A DNA stretch of 64,000 nucleotides from Candidatus Saccharimonadales bacterium (GTDB lineage Bacteria > Patescibacteriota > Saccharimonadia > QS-5-54-17): NCBI GenBank assembly GCA_040903985.1, contig JBBDUI010000002.1:390038-454037 (forward strand), read 5' to 3'. Shown one piece after another: positions 28,731-40,209 of the stretch. The notes beneath the pieces were generated by a model. That model had not been told where the DNA came from. It ran no database searches and worked only from the letters and a program-made list of their open reading frames with translations. The first letter of the stretch is position 1, and every line of letters starts with the position of its first letter. The translations under genes and the position numbers were made by a program.

Positions 28731-29237
28731 ATGAATGAGGACATAGGCAAAAAGACTATTGGATATACAGCGGGCGTATTTGATCTTTTCCACATTGGTC
28801 ATTTGAATATTCTAAGAAATGCTAAATCAATGTGCGACCATTTGATCGTAGGAGTAACTGCCGATGAGCTGGTTAAGTATAAAGGGAAGACGGCTATAAT
28901 TCCATTTCGAGAACGGCTAGAGATTGTGCAGAGTATTGAGTATGTAGATACAGTAGTCGGACAATACGAACTCGATAAGTATAAGGCGTGGGAACTGTTG
29001 AAGTTCGACAAGATATTCGTCGGCAATGATTGGTTTGGCAGCAAAGAGTGGTTAGAGTATGAAGACAAGTTCGAAAAGGTTGGTGTCGAGGTAATATATT
29101 TCCCCTACACAATCGGTACTTCTTCAACAATTATCACGGACGTGCTTAAGAATAGTCACAAGCTGCTTGAGCAGGCAGAAAAGGAAGAAGAGAATTCACT
29201 AGCCGCAGAAGCTAGAATAAAGAAGCGTAAAAAATAG
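28731..29237 (+). CDS. tagD: glycerol-3-phosphate cytidylyltransferase (TagD-like)
   Basis: GVFDLFHIGH (HxGH), RYVD, ISTT-like motifs collinear with B. subtilis TagD. Lys-rich C-tail. Confidence 0.75.
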   Translation: MNEDIGKKTIGYTAGVFDLFHIGHLNILRNAKSMCDHLIVGVTADELVKYKGKTAIIPFRERLEIVQSIEYVDTVVGQYELDKYKAWELLKFDKIFVGNDWFGSKEWLEYEDKFEKVGVEVIYFPYTIGTSSTIITDVLKNSHKLLEQAEKEEENSLAAEARIKKRKK

Positions 29238-29245
29238 ATTAATGT

Positions 29246-30418
29246 ATGAAATTTGATAAAAAGAATCCTTTACACTGGTTATACCTGGTAGGAGGGGCGA
29301 TAGCGGTAGTTGTCACGTTGCCAGCCCGTATATTTAAATCATTCAGAGAAAAGCCACTAGTTGTGCTTTATGGTCATAAACTAAACGGTAATCTTAAGGC
29401 TTTCTATGATTATGTAAGTAGCATGACCGATCCCGAGTTTCGAGTGGTCTACCTTACGATGGATCCAGTTTACTATAAACAGCTAAAGAAGCAGGGGGTT
29501 GATGTGATGCTAAATCACAACCCTCTTCATATGTTTCATGTATCTCAGGCAGATGTTATGATGACGGATCACGGTTACCATTCCATATACATTTATTATC
29601 GTTGGACCAGCATGAAATTCGTGGATGTATGGCATGGAATACCGTATAAAGGGTACACGCCAAGTAATTTTGTAGCTTATCAAAATTATGCTGGAATATG
29701 GACTTCGTCGCCCACCCTGAGGAAGGCTTATGTAAACGACTTTAAATTGAATGATAATATAGTAAAAGTTACTGGCTATGCTCGAATAGATCCCCTTGTT
29801 AACGATGAATATAATCTCGATTCCGTAAGAGAAAAGTATGGAATCCCGACTACGTTTAAAAAAGTTGTACTACTGGCACCTACTTGGAGGCAGGATGATG
29901 CAGGGCGCAGTATTATTCCTTTCGATTTAGAGATAAGCGATTTTTTTAATGGATTAAATGACGTAGCGTCCAAGAGCAATACTCTCATTATCTTCAGGGC
30001 ACACCTCAATTCAGGAGACAATATTGACATTGCTCAGTATGAAAATATAAAGATAATGCCTTATGCAAGATACCCGGTGGCTGAAGACTTCCTTGCTATA
30101 TCGGATGTATTAATTAGCGATTGGTCTTCAATTGTATTTGATTATTTGCCTTTACGACGACCAACTATTTTTCTTGATGTACCATCACCGTTCAAAGATG
30201 GTTTTACGGTAAAGCCAAAATATCGTTTCGGAGAAATAGTCGCTAGCTATCAGACACTACTCTCTTCGTTGGAAGAGTACCTCGAAAGGCCGGATGTTTT
30301 TAGGGAAAAGTATAAAGCCATTATGAGTGAAGCAAATGAAGTGGTGTATGGGGATACGGCAGATGGACGATCAAGTGAGAGATATGTGAAAGAGCTGAAA
30401 AGGCTTATAGGTGCGTAG
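29246..30418 (+). CDS. CDP-glycerol glycerophosphotransferase (TagB/TagF family)
   Basis: C-terminal LISDWSSIVFDYLPLRRPTIF matches the TagF ITDYSSVFFDF...RP motif. Confidence 0.7.
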   Translation: MKFDKKNPLHWLYLVGGAIAVVVTLPARIFKSFREKPLVVLYGHKLNGNLKAFYDYVSSMTDPEFRVVYLTMDPVYYKQLKKQGVDVMLNHNPLHMFHVSQADVMMTDHGYHSIYIYYRWTSMKFVDVWHGIPYKGYTPSNFVAYQNYAGIWTSSPTLRKAYVNDFKLNDNIVKVTGYARIDPLVNDEYNLDSVREKYGIPTTFKKVVLLAPTWRQDDAGRSIIPFDLEISDFFNGLNDVASKSNTLIIFRAHLNSGDNIDIAQYENIKIMPYARYPVAEDFLAISDVLISDWSSIVFDYLPLRRPTIFLDVPSPFKDGFTVKPKYRFGEIVASYQTLLSSLEEYLERPDVFREKYKAIMSEANEVVYGDTADGRSSERYVKELKRLIGA

Positions 30419-31373
30419 CTTGAAAAAGCGTTTCGGATTAGTAAGTACAGTATTCTTCATAGCTATATTCTTTTATTATTTCATTAATAATCGAGAAGTG
30501 TTTTATGAATTAGCTTCGGTCTCAGCCCTAGCTCTAGTGCTTATATCGTTACTAAAGGTGGGAAAGATCCTCAATAGCTCCCTATACAACATTGCAACAG
30601 TCGGCGCATACGGAAAGAAATTACCGTTCTGGGACTCATTTTATATGTCGCTCTTAACAACTATAGGAAATTATTTCGGCCCCCTATTGGGTGGTGCTGG
30701 AATCCGAGCGATGTACTTAAAGAAGAAATACAAGTTTGCATACACTGATTTCATAGCTACCCTGTCCGGGTTTTATATTATTAGTTTTTCCGTTGCTTCA
30801 TTAATTGGTTTACTGAGTTTGTGGCATATTCAAACTCAAACTGGAGAGTATATGCCGATTTTATACTTATTGTTTGGCTCTCTGCTCACGTTTACCGTTT
30901 TTCTGGCATTAGCACCGAATAAGAAGTTTCTAAAACTTATTCCCCAGAATGTTAAACCCTTAGCTGGGTTGACTACAACTCTTGATCGAGTATTAGATGG
31001 CTGGGACCTGATACGGCACAATGCAAAGCTTTTTATACGGCTAAGCTGGCTAACTCTAGGGGGTATAATGCTAGCATTTTTTACTTCACTAGTTGAATTT
31101 TGGGCTTTGGGGATAGATCTGTCTATCGCGCCACTATTTTTATATTCAACACTTTCAACAGTCACACTATTAGTAAGCATCACTCCAGGTTCAATCGGAA
31201 TAAAGGAGGGGATATACATATTCACTAGTGACTTACTGGGCATCACCAATGCACAGGTACTGCAGTTGGCGGTAATAGATCGGGGCGTTAACTACGTTGT
31301 TTTATTTGTGCTTTATTTAATACTAAGGGCGCCCAAACTCAAACAAAAGATTAGAGAAGGACACATCGCATGA
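30411..31373 (+). CDS. integral membrane protein, flippase-like (LPG-synthase TM-domain / UPF0104-like)
   Basis: Eight TM helices. Conserved-looking GIKEG motif near the C-terminus. Translationally coupled up- and downstream. Confidence 0.4.
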   Translation: MRSLKKRFGLVSTVFFIAIFFYYFINNREVFYELASVSALALVLISLLKVGKILNSSLYNIATVGAYGKKLPFWDSFYMSLLTTIGNYFGPLLGGAGIRAMYLKKKYKFAYTDFIATLSGFYIISFSVASLIGLLSLWHIQTQTGEYMPILYLLFGSLLTFTVFLALAPNKKFLKLIPQNVKPLAGLTTTLDRVLDGWDLIRHNAKLFIRLSWLTLGGIMLAFFTSLVEFWALGIDLSIAPLFLYSTLSTVTLLVSITPGSIGIKEGIYIFTSDLLGITNAQVLQLAVIDRGVNYVVLFVLYLILRAPKLKQKIREGHIA

Positions 31374-32794
31374 ACAGGAACGGTGTAGCACTGTTTCGAG
31401 AGATATTCACAGCAAGGACTCTCCAGGTTGCGGAAATTGTTTCATCGAAAAAGTTTATTAAAGCAACATTCATCCTGTTTCTTTTGCAGAGTCTATTTTA
31501 CGCACTCACCATTAAATATGGCATACCGCCCGATGAGCAATACCATTTCAAAGTAGCAGAGCTATTTGTGCAGAATAACTTCTCACCATTTATAAGTAGC
31601 CAAGAGGGCTTATTCTCACTTGGCGAACTAACAAGGACGCCATATCTTATGTACCACTATCTTTTAAGCTTTCCTTTGGCACTACTGGGTAATCTATCAT
31701 TATCGGCTAAGATTCTTATCTTGAGAGGAATTAATATCTTGCTTGCCGCCAGCAGCCTTCTGGTCTTACAGAAGATCGCAGAAAAACTAAAGTTTTCTAG
31801 TTTTACTGCAAATGTGAGTATATTCATTTTCGCGAATAGTATGATGTATACGTTTCTTGCTGGGTCCATAAACTATGATAATTTATTCATCCTACTTGTT
31901 TTTACATCGATACTATTATTAATACGATTCTTGCAGGAGAAGAAGCCGGCTGATCTCATGCTGTGGAGCATAGTTATTTTGCTCGGCGCATTTACTAAAG
32001 AAGCATTCTTGCCGGTGGTACTAGCAGAGACAGTAGCACTGGTGGTTATGTTACGATTGACAGTTATTAGTACATTTGTAGATTGGTTAAAAAGCTTCAA
32101 TAAAGCATTAGTTATGAATATCGTGTTAGCCGTAGGCTTGATAGCGCTATTCTCAATGTTTATACGATTTTTTGTGGGTAACCAATTAGCCTATGGTGAC
32201 ATATCACCACGGTGTGAAATCGTCCATTCGTATGATGAATGTCTCGATCATGGGTTATTTCGGCGCTCGATAGAGCTAAAGGCGAATAGGCCGAACGATT
32301 TTGAAGCAGATACTAGTAAATTCGTATACGGCTGGGCGCAACTTATGAGATCTCGCACTTTCGGGACTCTTTCACATGCTTCAGTTGAGCCATCCAGACC
32401 CCTCATAGCTGCCACGTCTATATTATTTGTACTTATGCTCATAGCGGTTATTAGAAAGGTCGAAATAAAGAAGATAAATAAACCTCAACTGATCGTTCTC
32501 TTCGTAGTTGCTTTTTATGTGTTATCACTTATGTACGTAAATTACGGTAGTTATGTCAGGAACGGTAGATTTATGGCAGTGCAAGGCAGGTATATATTTC
32601 CGGCCCTGCCAATTATTTACTTCTTCGGCTTTCATTACATGGAGAAGCTGAAATTTGGCCGTACCCTAAGGGCAGTAGCTATCGTGGCGCTGCTACCTCT
32701 CATCATTATGGGCAATATTCCCACTTACATAATAAATTCAACAGAATTCCATTACTCTGGCGTCGGCTTAGATCTTTATCGCCTATTTAGATAA
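31370..32794 (+). CDS. polytopic membrane glycosyltransferase, GT-C fold (DUF2142-like), paralogue of 10361..11851
   Basis: Shared PPDEQYHF / AFDEAYHF first-loop motif and overall TM topology. Confidence 0.5.
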   Translation: MNRNGVALFREIFTARTLQVAEIVSSKKFIKATFILFLLQSLFYALTIKYGIPPDEQYHFKVAELFVQNNFSPFISSQEGLFSLGELTRTPYLMYHYLLSFPLALLGNLSLSAKILILRGINILLAASSLLVLQKIAEKLKFSSFTANVSIFIFANSMMYTFLAGSINYDNLFILLVFTSILLLIRFLQEKKPADLMLWSIVILLGAFTKEAFLPVVLAETVALVVMLRLTVISTFVDWLKSFNKALVMNIVLAVGLIALFSMFIRFFVGNQLAYGDISPRCEIVHSYDECLDHGLFRRSIELKANRPNDFEADTSKFVYGWAQLMRSRTFGTLSHASVEPSRPLIAATSILFVLMLIAVIRKVEIKKINKPQLIVLFVVAFYVLSLMYVNYGSYVRNGRFMAVQGRYIFPALPIIYFFGFHYMEKLKFGRTLRAVAIVALLPLIIMGNIPTYIINSTEFHYSGVGLDLYRLFR

Positions 32795-35167
32795 TTACTC
32801 AATAGCGCTTCCATCTAATGGGGGTAGCAGTCTGTCTTGTGTCGATATAATTTCTGAATCTTTGTATCCAAGCAGCCTGCGTATGTAAGCAGAAGAAAAT
32901 GGTCTTTTGTATACTTCATTTCCTTGCCGCTCTATTATATAGACGCTGCTTGAGCCGCCCTGTACGATTACTCCTTCGCGAAAGCCTAACAGTGGTCCCT
33001 CGGGTAGCTGCATATCTCCAGGAGTAGCGGGTTTAACTTCTGTGAAATCTCTTAGGTGACTGTACAAAATAATTGGTGCGCTCAAGGGCAGGCGCTGACC
33101 ATCTTCTAAGTAGAAGACAGTTTTGTTAAAAGGGGACTTGATAAGCGTACCGTCGATATGAATGCTACTGTCCTTAATGCGTGGTCCACTTGAATTTGGT
33201 CTTAGTCTGTCTTGAATATTGTAGACTTCACCCAGGTTATAACCTAAACCGATGAAAGCACTCCAATTCTGGAAGGCACGAGTCCTCGGAGTTCCAGACT
33301 CTATATCGATCAAATAGATAGTTTTAGTAGAATCTTTGATGAGTGTTCCTTCTCGAAAACTCCAATTGGGAGCAAGGGGTAGATTCATGTCGGCTGGCGT
33401 AGCTGGCTTTACCTCTGCGAGAGAGCGTTTATGACTGTCCAATATAATTGGCGCGCTAACTGGTCTCCGCTCCCCATCATCGATCAAATATACAGTTTTG
33501 TTGTGGGGAGATTTGACCATAGTGCCATCAGGATGAGACAGCTCTGTAAACTTTACAGTGCCGTATGCGTAGATACGTCCATAGCCATATTGATCTGTAC
33601 GATTCTGGCTATTCATGCCTCCTACTTTAATAGCCGGTGTTCTTAGTGAGCTCAAAACTTCGTTATGCGATACGCCACTATCGATAGATTTCATAAGACT
33701 TACTAGGCCAGTAACATGCGGAGCGGCCAGTGAGGTTCCGCTAGCTGTGGCCGTGTAATCGTTATAATTGCTCGCTTTGGCCGGGGGTATGGCGGCTGGA
33801 ATGTTGACCCCTGGCGCCATCACATCAAGCTCAGGTCCGTAGCTGGAGAAGCTGGCGCGCTGGTCACTGCTATTGGTGGCTCCGACAGCTATGGTGTGGG
33901 CCGATTTGGCCGGGTAGCAGACGCCACTAGTGCCGCTATTACCAGCGGCGGCCACCACAACTATACCGGCTTCCTTAGCCTCTAGCAGCGCCGCCTCCAG
34001 TAGGGTGTCTGTCGAAGTGCAGCGGTCTTGATCATCGAAGACGGCTAAGCTGAGGTTGATGACGTCCGCGCCCATAGCCGTGGCGTACTCTACGGCTGCT
34101 GTGATGCGCGGGGAGTCGCCGAAGCCGTATCCGTCTAGTACGCGAAGGCTCATAATCTTTGCATAGTGATCTACACCAGCGATTAACTCACTATTATTAG
34201 TAGCAGCAGCTGCAACAGAGGCTACGGCGGTGCCGTGGGTAATGTAGCAGGCACCCACATCGAACCCGCATCCACCGTTGTAGTGATTCATATTGAGTAG
34301 GGTGGGATTCGCTGGGTCGTCACAGGAGTAGGGCTGGGGGTCACTATCTTCTGCAACAAAACCGTCCTCACTCGTATGGTTATAGGTATCAGGATCGTTA
34401 AAGTTGGGGCAGACCGCGCTATCTCCTCGCCAGCCAGCCATGAAGTCCCAGCCGCGCCAGTCGTCGATGTAGCCGTTATCATCATCGTCACACTCGTTGA
34501 AGCGCTTGTCTTCTGCACCGGCAATCTCATCCCAGCAAGGGTCTTCTGGAGCGGTCATGCCTATCTCTCCGGCATTTGTCCACTGCTTATCGGCACTGGG
34601 CATATCCTGTTGCGCACACGGCTCAGATGGAGGACAGTCGAGTGAGTCCTCCCAGGACTGTTCGAATAACACCCCCGTGTCTATGACGGCGATAGTTGTA
34701 TCAGACGAGCCTTCGGAGATATCCCAGGCCTGCGACGCACCGATTTTAGTGAGGTTCCACTGATCAGAGTAGTTTGTATCGTTCGGTATAGCAGTGACCT
34801 TGTAGCGGTGATTGATCTGTGGTTTGGCTTTGATCGAGTTCATCGAACGTAGTTGCATTAGCTGCACGCCAGTATTAGCCGGACTACCCTCGATAGTAAC
34901 TAGGGATTCATCCCCCGGTAGATTAGTGACGTTGAGTACGTCTAGGGCCTGCTCGCTGGCCGCGGCTGCTATTGCGGCTACATTATCGGTACGGATAACC
35001 ACGCTGCCTTCTGTAGCGGTTTTGGCATTAAAGCTCACGGGCGCAGAGGCGGCAGGAGAAGCTAGGGCGATGTTTAGCTGATTAACGCCGCCGCCGATCA
35101 TACCTAGCAGCACTAGTGCTGCTATAAAGGTAGAAGAGCGTTTAATTGGTCTTTTTCGGTAAATCAT
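32795..35167 (-). CDS. secreted subtilisin-like serine protease (S8) with C-terminal tandem repeat domains
   Basis: Signal peptide. Catalytic triad motifs AVIDTGV (Asp), HGTAVASV (His), SGTSLAAPHVTG (Ser). Two C-terminal repeats of about 115 aa (DGT.VKSP.NKTV..L.DG.R.P.SAPIIL.SH). Confidence 0.85.
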   Translation of the reverse strand: MIYRKRPIKRSSTFIAALVLLGMIGGGVNQLNIALASPAASAPVSFNAKTATEGSVVIRTDNVAAIAAAASEQALDVLNVTNLPGDESLVTIEGSPANTGVQLMQLRSMNSIKAKPQINHRYKVTAIPNDTNYSDQWNLTKIGASQAWDISEGSSDTTIAVIDTGVLFEQSWEDSLDCPPSEPCAQQDMPSADKQWTNAGEIGMTAPEDPCWDEIAGAEDKRFNECDDDDNGYIDDWRGWDFMAGWRGDSAVCPNFNDPDTYNHTSEDGFVAEDSDPQPYSCDDPANPTLLNMNHYNGGCGFDVGACYITHGTAVASVAAAATNNSELIAGVDHYAKIMSLRVLDGYGFGDSPRITAAVEYATAMGADVINLSLAVFDDQDRCTSTDTLLEAALLEAKEAGIVVVAAAGNSGTSGVCYPAKSAHTIAVGATNSSDQRASFSSYGPELDVMAPGVNIPAAIPPAKASNYNDYTATASGTSLAAPHVTGLVSLMKSIDSGVSHNEVLSSLRTPAIKVGGMNSQNRTDQYGYGRIYAYGTVKFTELSHPDGTMVKSPHNKTVYLIDDGERRPVSAPIILDSHKRSLAEVKPATPADMNLPLAPNWSFREGTLIKDSTKTIYLIDIESGTPRTRAFQNWSAFIGLGYNLGEVYNIQDRLRPNSSGPRIKDSSIHIDGTLIKSPFNKTVFYLEDGQRLPLSAPIILYSHLRDFTEVKPATPGDMQLPEGPLLGFREGVIVQGGSSSVYIIERQGNEVYKRPFSSAYIRRLLGYKDSEIISTQDRLLPPLDGSAIE

Positions 35168-35245
35168 TTTAGTTTTTGCTATAGCCGCTTAAACTTAAGT
35201 GTAATTGTACCATTAAATGTAGTGTTTCGCCAGTGCTGGGCGCTG

Positions 35246-36106
35246 CTAGGAGACGAGATTAGCCAGATATTTGCCGTAGCCGCTCTTCTGTAGCGGCTCG
35301 GCCAGTTTAACTAGCTGTTCGTCGGTAATGAAACCTTCACGCCAGGCGACTTCTTCGGGAGAGCCGATCTTTAGTCCGGTCCGCTTCTCGATCACCCGGA
35401 TGTATTCAGCTGCATCGTTCATAGACTCAAAGGTACCGGTGTCGAGCCAGGCTGAGCCGCGGTTCATGATCTGTACCTGTAGCTTGCCGCGCTTAAGGTA
35501 TTCGGCGTTGACACTGGTGATCTCGAGTTCGCCACGATCGCTAGGCTGTACGTTCTTAGCGATCTCTACTACGTCGTTGTCGTAGAAGTAGAGGCCGACG
35601 ACGGCGAAATTTGACTTGGGGTGTTCTGGCTTTTCTTCGATTGAGAGGGCTTGGCCTTTATCGTCAAAGTCGACCACACCGTAACGCTCCGGATCGGATA
35701 CTTGGTAGGCGAAGACGGTGCCGCCGTTAGCTCGGGTGGCCTCCTTCAGGCTGTCGCCGAAGCCATGGCCGTAGAAGATGTTATCTCCTAGGACTAGAGC
35801 GACGCTGTCTTCACCGATGAACTCCTCGCCGATTATGAAAGCCTGAGCTAAGCCTTCCGGGGCAGGCTGTACGGCATAGCTTAGGCTAATACCATACTTA
35901 GAGCCATCGCCGAGTAGGCGCTGGAACTGGCTCTGATCTTCCGGAGTGGTGATGATGAGAATATCTTTGATACCGGCCATCATCAGGGTCGAAAGCGGGT
36001 AGTAGATCATCGGCTTATCGTAAATCGGCATTAGCTGTTTCGAGATGCCTTGAGTAATCGGGTAGAGACGGGAGCCGGAGCCTCCAGCTAGAATAATTCC
36101 CTTCAT
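35246..36106 (-). CDS. rmlA: glucose-1-phosphate thymidylyltransferase
   Basis: [18 protein letters not shown]...[17 protein letters not shown] hallmark N-terminus. Confidence 0.92.
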   Translation of the reverse strand: MKGIILAGGSGSRLYPITQGISKQLMPIYDKPMIYYPLSTLMMAGIKDILIITTPEDQSQFQRLLGDGSKYGISLSYAVQPAPEGLAQAFIIGEEFIGEDSVALVLGDNIFYGHGFGDSLKEATRANGGTVFAYQVSDPERYGVVDFDDKGQALSIEEKPEHPKSNFAVVGLYFYDNDVVEIAKNVQPSDRGELEITSVNAEYLKRGKLQVQIMNRGSAWLDTGTFESMNDAAEYIRVIEKRTGLKIGSPEEVAWREGFITDEQLVKLAEPLQKSGYGKYLANLVS

Positions 36107-36155
36107 TACGAACTCCTCAACGAATTAGCTAGCTCATATACGTACGATAGATTTA

Positions 36156-37007
36156 TCATTTGCTCGTCTCCTTCGTTATGTATTCGGCTAACGCTTCGCG
36201 CCAGTCGCGACAGATGAAGCCAGTAGCCTCTAGTTTATCAAGTAGCAGCACACTGTTAGCTGGCCGCGGTGCGATACCGGTCTTGCCAGTAAAGTACTCA
36301 TCGGTCGTAGTGTCGCTGATGCGCCCAGCATCGTAGCCGGCAGTGCGATAGATCTCGCGGGCAAAATCGGCCCAGGAGACGGGATCGCCTCCGTTCGAGC
36401 AGTTGTAGATTCCGGGCTCTGGTGCCGTTTTGAGCAAGTGGTCGATAGCTTGGGCTAGGTCAACGGTAAAGCCGGGGCGACCGATCTGATCCTCGACCAC
36501 GCTGGGGTCGACACCTTTTTCCGCTAGGCTCAGCATGGTTCGGGCGAAGTTGCTCCCCTCCCCGATTACCCAGGAAGTGCGGACGATGTAGTGGTTAGCT
36601 ACGCTCTGAGCCGCCAAGTCACCGGCCGCCTTACTGCGACCATAGACGCTGATGGGGCTGAGGGGATCGGTCTCCTCATAGGGTGCGTCTTTCGTGCCGT
36701 CAAAGACATAGTCGGTTGAGATATGCACTAATGTCAGCTCCCGCTCGCGAGCGATAGCGGCGAGGTTGGCGACGCCTTGGGCGTTGGCGGCAAAAGCGGC
36801 TACCATTCCCTCGGGTGTCTCGGCCTCATCGACCTTGGTGTAGGCGGCGGCATTGATGATGGTCTCGATTTCGGAGAAGTCGAAGTGGCGTACCGCTTCA
36901 ATATTACTGATGTCGAGCTCATCGTGGTCGATAGCTACGGCTTCGGGATATATCTCGCGTAAAGCCTGACCCAGCTGGCCGTTAGCACCCGTAATCAGTT
37001 CACTCAT
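36156..37007 (-). CDS. rmlD: dTDP-4-dehydrorhamnose reductase
   Basis: ITGANGQLG...INAAAYTKVD...STDYVFDG...YGRSK motifs. Confidence 0.88.
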   Translation of the reverse strand: MSELITGANGQLGQALREIYPEAVAIDHDELDISNIEAVRHFDFSEIETIINAAAYTKVDEAETPEGMVAAFAANAQGVANLAAIARERELTLVHISTDYVFDGTKDAPYEETDPLSPISVYGRSKAAGDLAAQSVANHYIVRTSWVIGEGSNFARTMLSLAEKGVDPSVVEDQIGRPGFTVDLAQAIDHLLKTAPEPGIYNCSNGGDPVSWADFAREIYRTAGYDAGRISDTTTDEYFTGKTGIAPRPANSVLLLDKLEATGFICRDWREALAEYITKETSK

Positions 37008-37589
37008 CTAGACCTCCATCGGGGTTAAGTCAGCTAGGAGCGGGTGCGCCTGGTCTTTATCGGAGATAGTGGCTTCCTCCAAGCTGATCGGCCACTCTAT
37101 CGCTACTGTCGGATCGGCTAGATTCAGCATAGTGTAGCTGGCCTCCGGACTCCAGTGCTCGTTCACCAGGTAGGTGTAAGTGACGTTGTTCGTTAAGGTC
37201 TGGAAGGAGTTGCCGCAGCCGCGCGGTACGAATATGGCTCGGCCGGCATCAAGCCGGAAGGTTTCAACTACCCCAAATGTAGCTGAGCCGGCTCGCAGGT
37301 CGACGATAGCGGCGAAGACTTCGCCTTGGGCTACGGAGATAAATTTATCCCACGGCTCGGCGTGAATGCCGCGGGTGACACCTCGCTCGGCGTTGAAGGA
37401 TATGTTATTTTGCACCGGCTCGAAATCGGCCGGTAGGCCGAGCTCTTTGAGCTTGGCGGCTTGATAGTTTTCTTTGAAGTAGCCGCGGTTGTCGCCGTGA
37501 ACTACTAGACCGATGTCGAGCAGACCAGGGATGCTACTTTGGCGCACGGCTAGCTCAGAGTTAACGGTGAAATCCATCTTATCACTCAT
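37008..37589 (-). CDS. rmlC: dTDP-4-dehydrorhamnose 3,5-epimerase
   Basis: RGIHAEPWDKFISVAQGEVFAAIVDLR cupin core typical of RmlC. Abuts rmlD with no gap. Confidence 0.88.
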   Translation of the reverse strand: MSDKMDFTVNSELAVRQSSIPGLLDIGLVVHGDNRGYFKENYQAAKLKELGLPADFEPVQNNISFNAERGVTRGIHAEPWDKFISVAQGEVFAAIVDLRAGSATFGVVETFRLDAGRAIFVPRGCGNSFQTLTNNVTYTYLVNEHWSPEASYTMLNLADPTVAIEWPISLEEATISDKDQAHPLLADLTPMEV

Positions 37590-37653
37590 ACTAAAGCTCC
37601 TTGACCTTTTGCTAGATTATCAAACTCACGGCGCTTAGTTGCAAGCATGGCCG

Positions 37654-38658
<1,005 letters not shown>

Positions 38659-38703
38659 CTAATTTTATCATTGTACAGAGTTACTTGCACTCGGTTGAGT
38701 TGG

Positions 38704-39981
38704 CTAGACGCCGATACCCCGGTATGTAATTCCGTTATCTGTTATCCTGCTTTTATCCAGGCAGTTCCGGCCATCGATGACTACTTTTATGCCGGCACCC
38801 TTGAGTCTATCTATATCCATGTCGAGAAAATCTTTATGGGCAGTAGCGATAACCACAGCTTCTGCGCCCTCACAAGCAGCTTCTAGACTTTTCGCGCTCG
38901 ATTGCTCAGTGAAGTAGGGGTCGAATGTCGTTACTTCGGCTCCTTTATCCTTTAGCTTGTCGATTAAAACGTATGAGGGGCTTTCGCGGTCATCACCGAC
39001 GTTTGGCTTATACGATAGACCTAAGACTGCTACCCTAGCTCGACTAAGAGCAATGCCGACTTCATTTAGCCCATCTATCAACTGCTCAATGGCAAATTCT
39101 GGCATGCCGTTATTGATGTTTCGGGCGAGCATGAGGAATTCGTGATTAAAACCACTTTGTTTGGCGTATTCAATGAGGTAGTACGGGTCGACCGGGATGC
39201 AGTGGCCGCCTACGCCCATGCCCGGGTAGTGTGGCATGAAGGCAAAGGGCTTGGTAGCAGCACCATTGATGACATTTACGACATTGATACCAAGAGTAGA
39301 GAAAGACATCGCAAGTTCATTAACGAAGGCAATGTTTACGTCCCGAAATGAGTTTTCTACCACCTTAACGGCTTCTGCCTCTTTAAGAGACCCCATCGGC
39401 TTAACGGCTGCATCGAGAATCGATTCATAAAAGGCTACAGTACGATCGAGTCCTTCTTGAGTGTAACTTCCGACGACTCGGGGGATGTTTTGGACGTTCC
39501 ATTTCTCGTCCCCGGGGTTAATTCGCTCCGGACAGTGCGACAGATCGAAATCTTCACCGGCTTTTAGGCCGGATGCTTCTTCTAGTAACGGAAGTAGCAC
39601 CTCTTCTGACACGCCGGGATTAATCGTAGATTCGATTATTAGTAAGGTACCTTTGGCAAGGTTTTGAGCTACTGTTGTGCAGGCACCTTTAAGTGGCCCA
39701 AGATCTGGCTGGTAGTCGTGATGAACCGGAGTGGGTACGCAGACGATGATGATATCGGCTGTCCTTAACTCATCCGCCTTGTCGGTAGCTTGAAGCTTTA
39801 CTTTACCAAGGCGTTTATCGACGAAATCATCCGTGATGGGAGATCTCCCCTGGTTGATAAGTTCATTCTTCTTTGTATCGAGGTCGATGCCGATTACCTC
39901 ATAATCTTTTTCGGCTGTTAGCAGGGCGAGCGGCAATCCTACATATCCGAGCCCGACGATAGCGACAGTTTGCTTGGGCAT
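38704..39981 (-). CDS. nucleotide-sugar dehydrogenase (UDP-glucose/GDP-mannose DH family), WecC-like UDP-ManNAc dehydrogenase candidate
   Basis: N-terminal VAIVGLGYVGLP, catalytic GGHCIPVDP (WecC/Cap5O-type rather than the Ugd GGSCFPKD type). Confidence 0.7.
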   Translation of the reverse strand: MPKQTVAIVGLGYVGLPLALLTAEKDYEVIGIDLDTKKNELINQGRSPITDDFVDKRLGKVKLQATDKADELRTADIIIVCVPTPVHHDYQPDLGPLKGACTTVAQNLAKGTLLIIESTINPGVSEEVLLPLLEEASGLKAGEDFDLSHCPERINPGDEKWNVQNIPRVVGSYTQEGLDRTVAFYESILDAAVKPMGSLKEAEAVKVVENSFRDVNIAFVNELAMSFSTLGINVVNVINGAATKPFAFMPHYPGMGVGGHCIPVDPYYLIEYAKQSGFNHEFLMLARNINNGMPEFAIEQLIDGLNEVGIALSRARVAVLGLSYKPNVGDDRESPSYVLIDKLKDKGAEVTTFDPYFTEQSSAKSLEAACEGAEAVVIATAHKDFLDMDIDRLKGAGIKVVIDGRNCLDKSRITDNGITYRGIGV

Positions 39982-40209
39982 ATAAATTTACTCCTAATTA
40001 TCCTAGCTAGTATATCGAAAAGAGAAAAGTGATGTCATATGATGATGCGGTTCGGACGATTATTAGACCGGGACCCCTCCATGTTTATATGGGGTAGCCT
40101 CAGCGTTAATATATAGCGGTAGTTCGCACCGGAAGGGGGTTGTTGATTTGTCACAAGGAGCATTCACAGTGGGTTAGAGAAGCGGCTGTTCAAACCGAGA
40201 CAGATTAAA

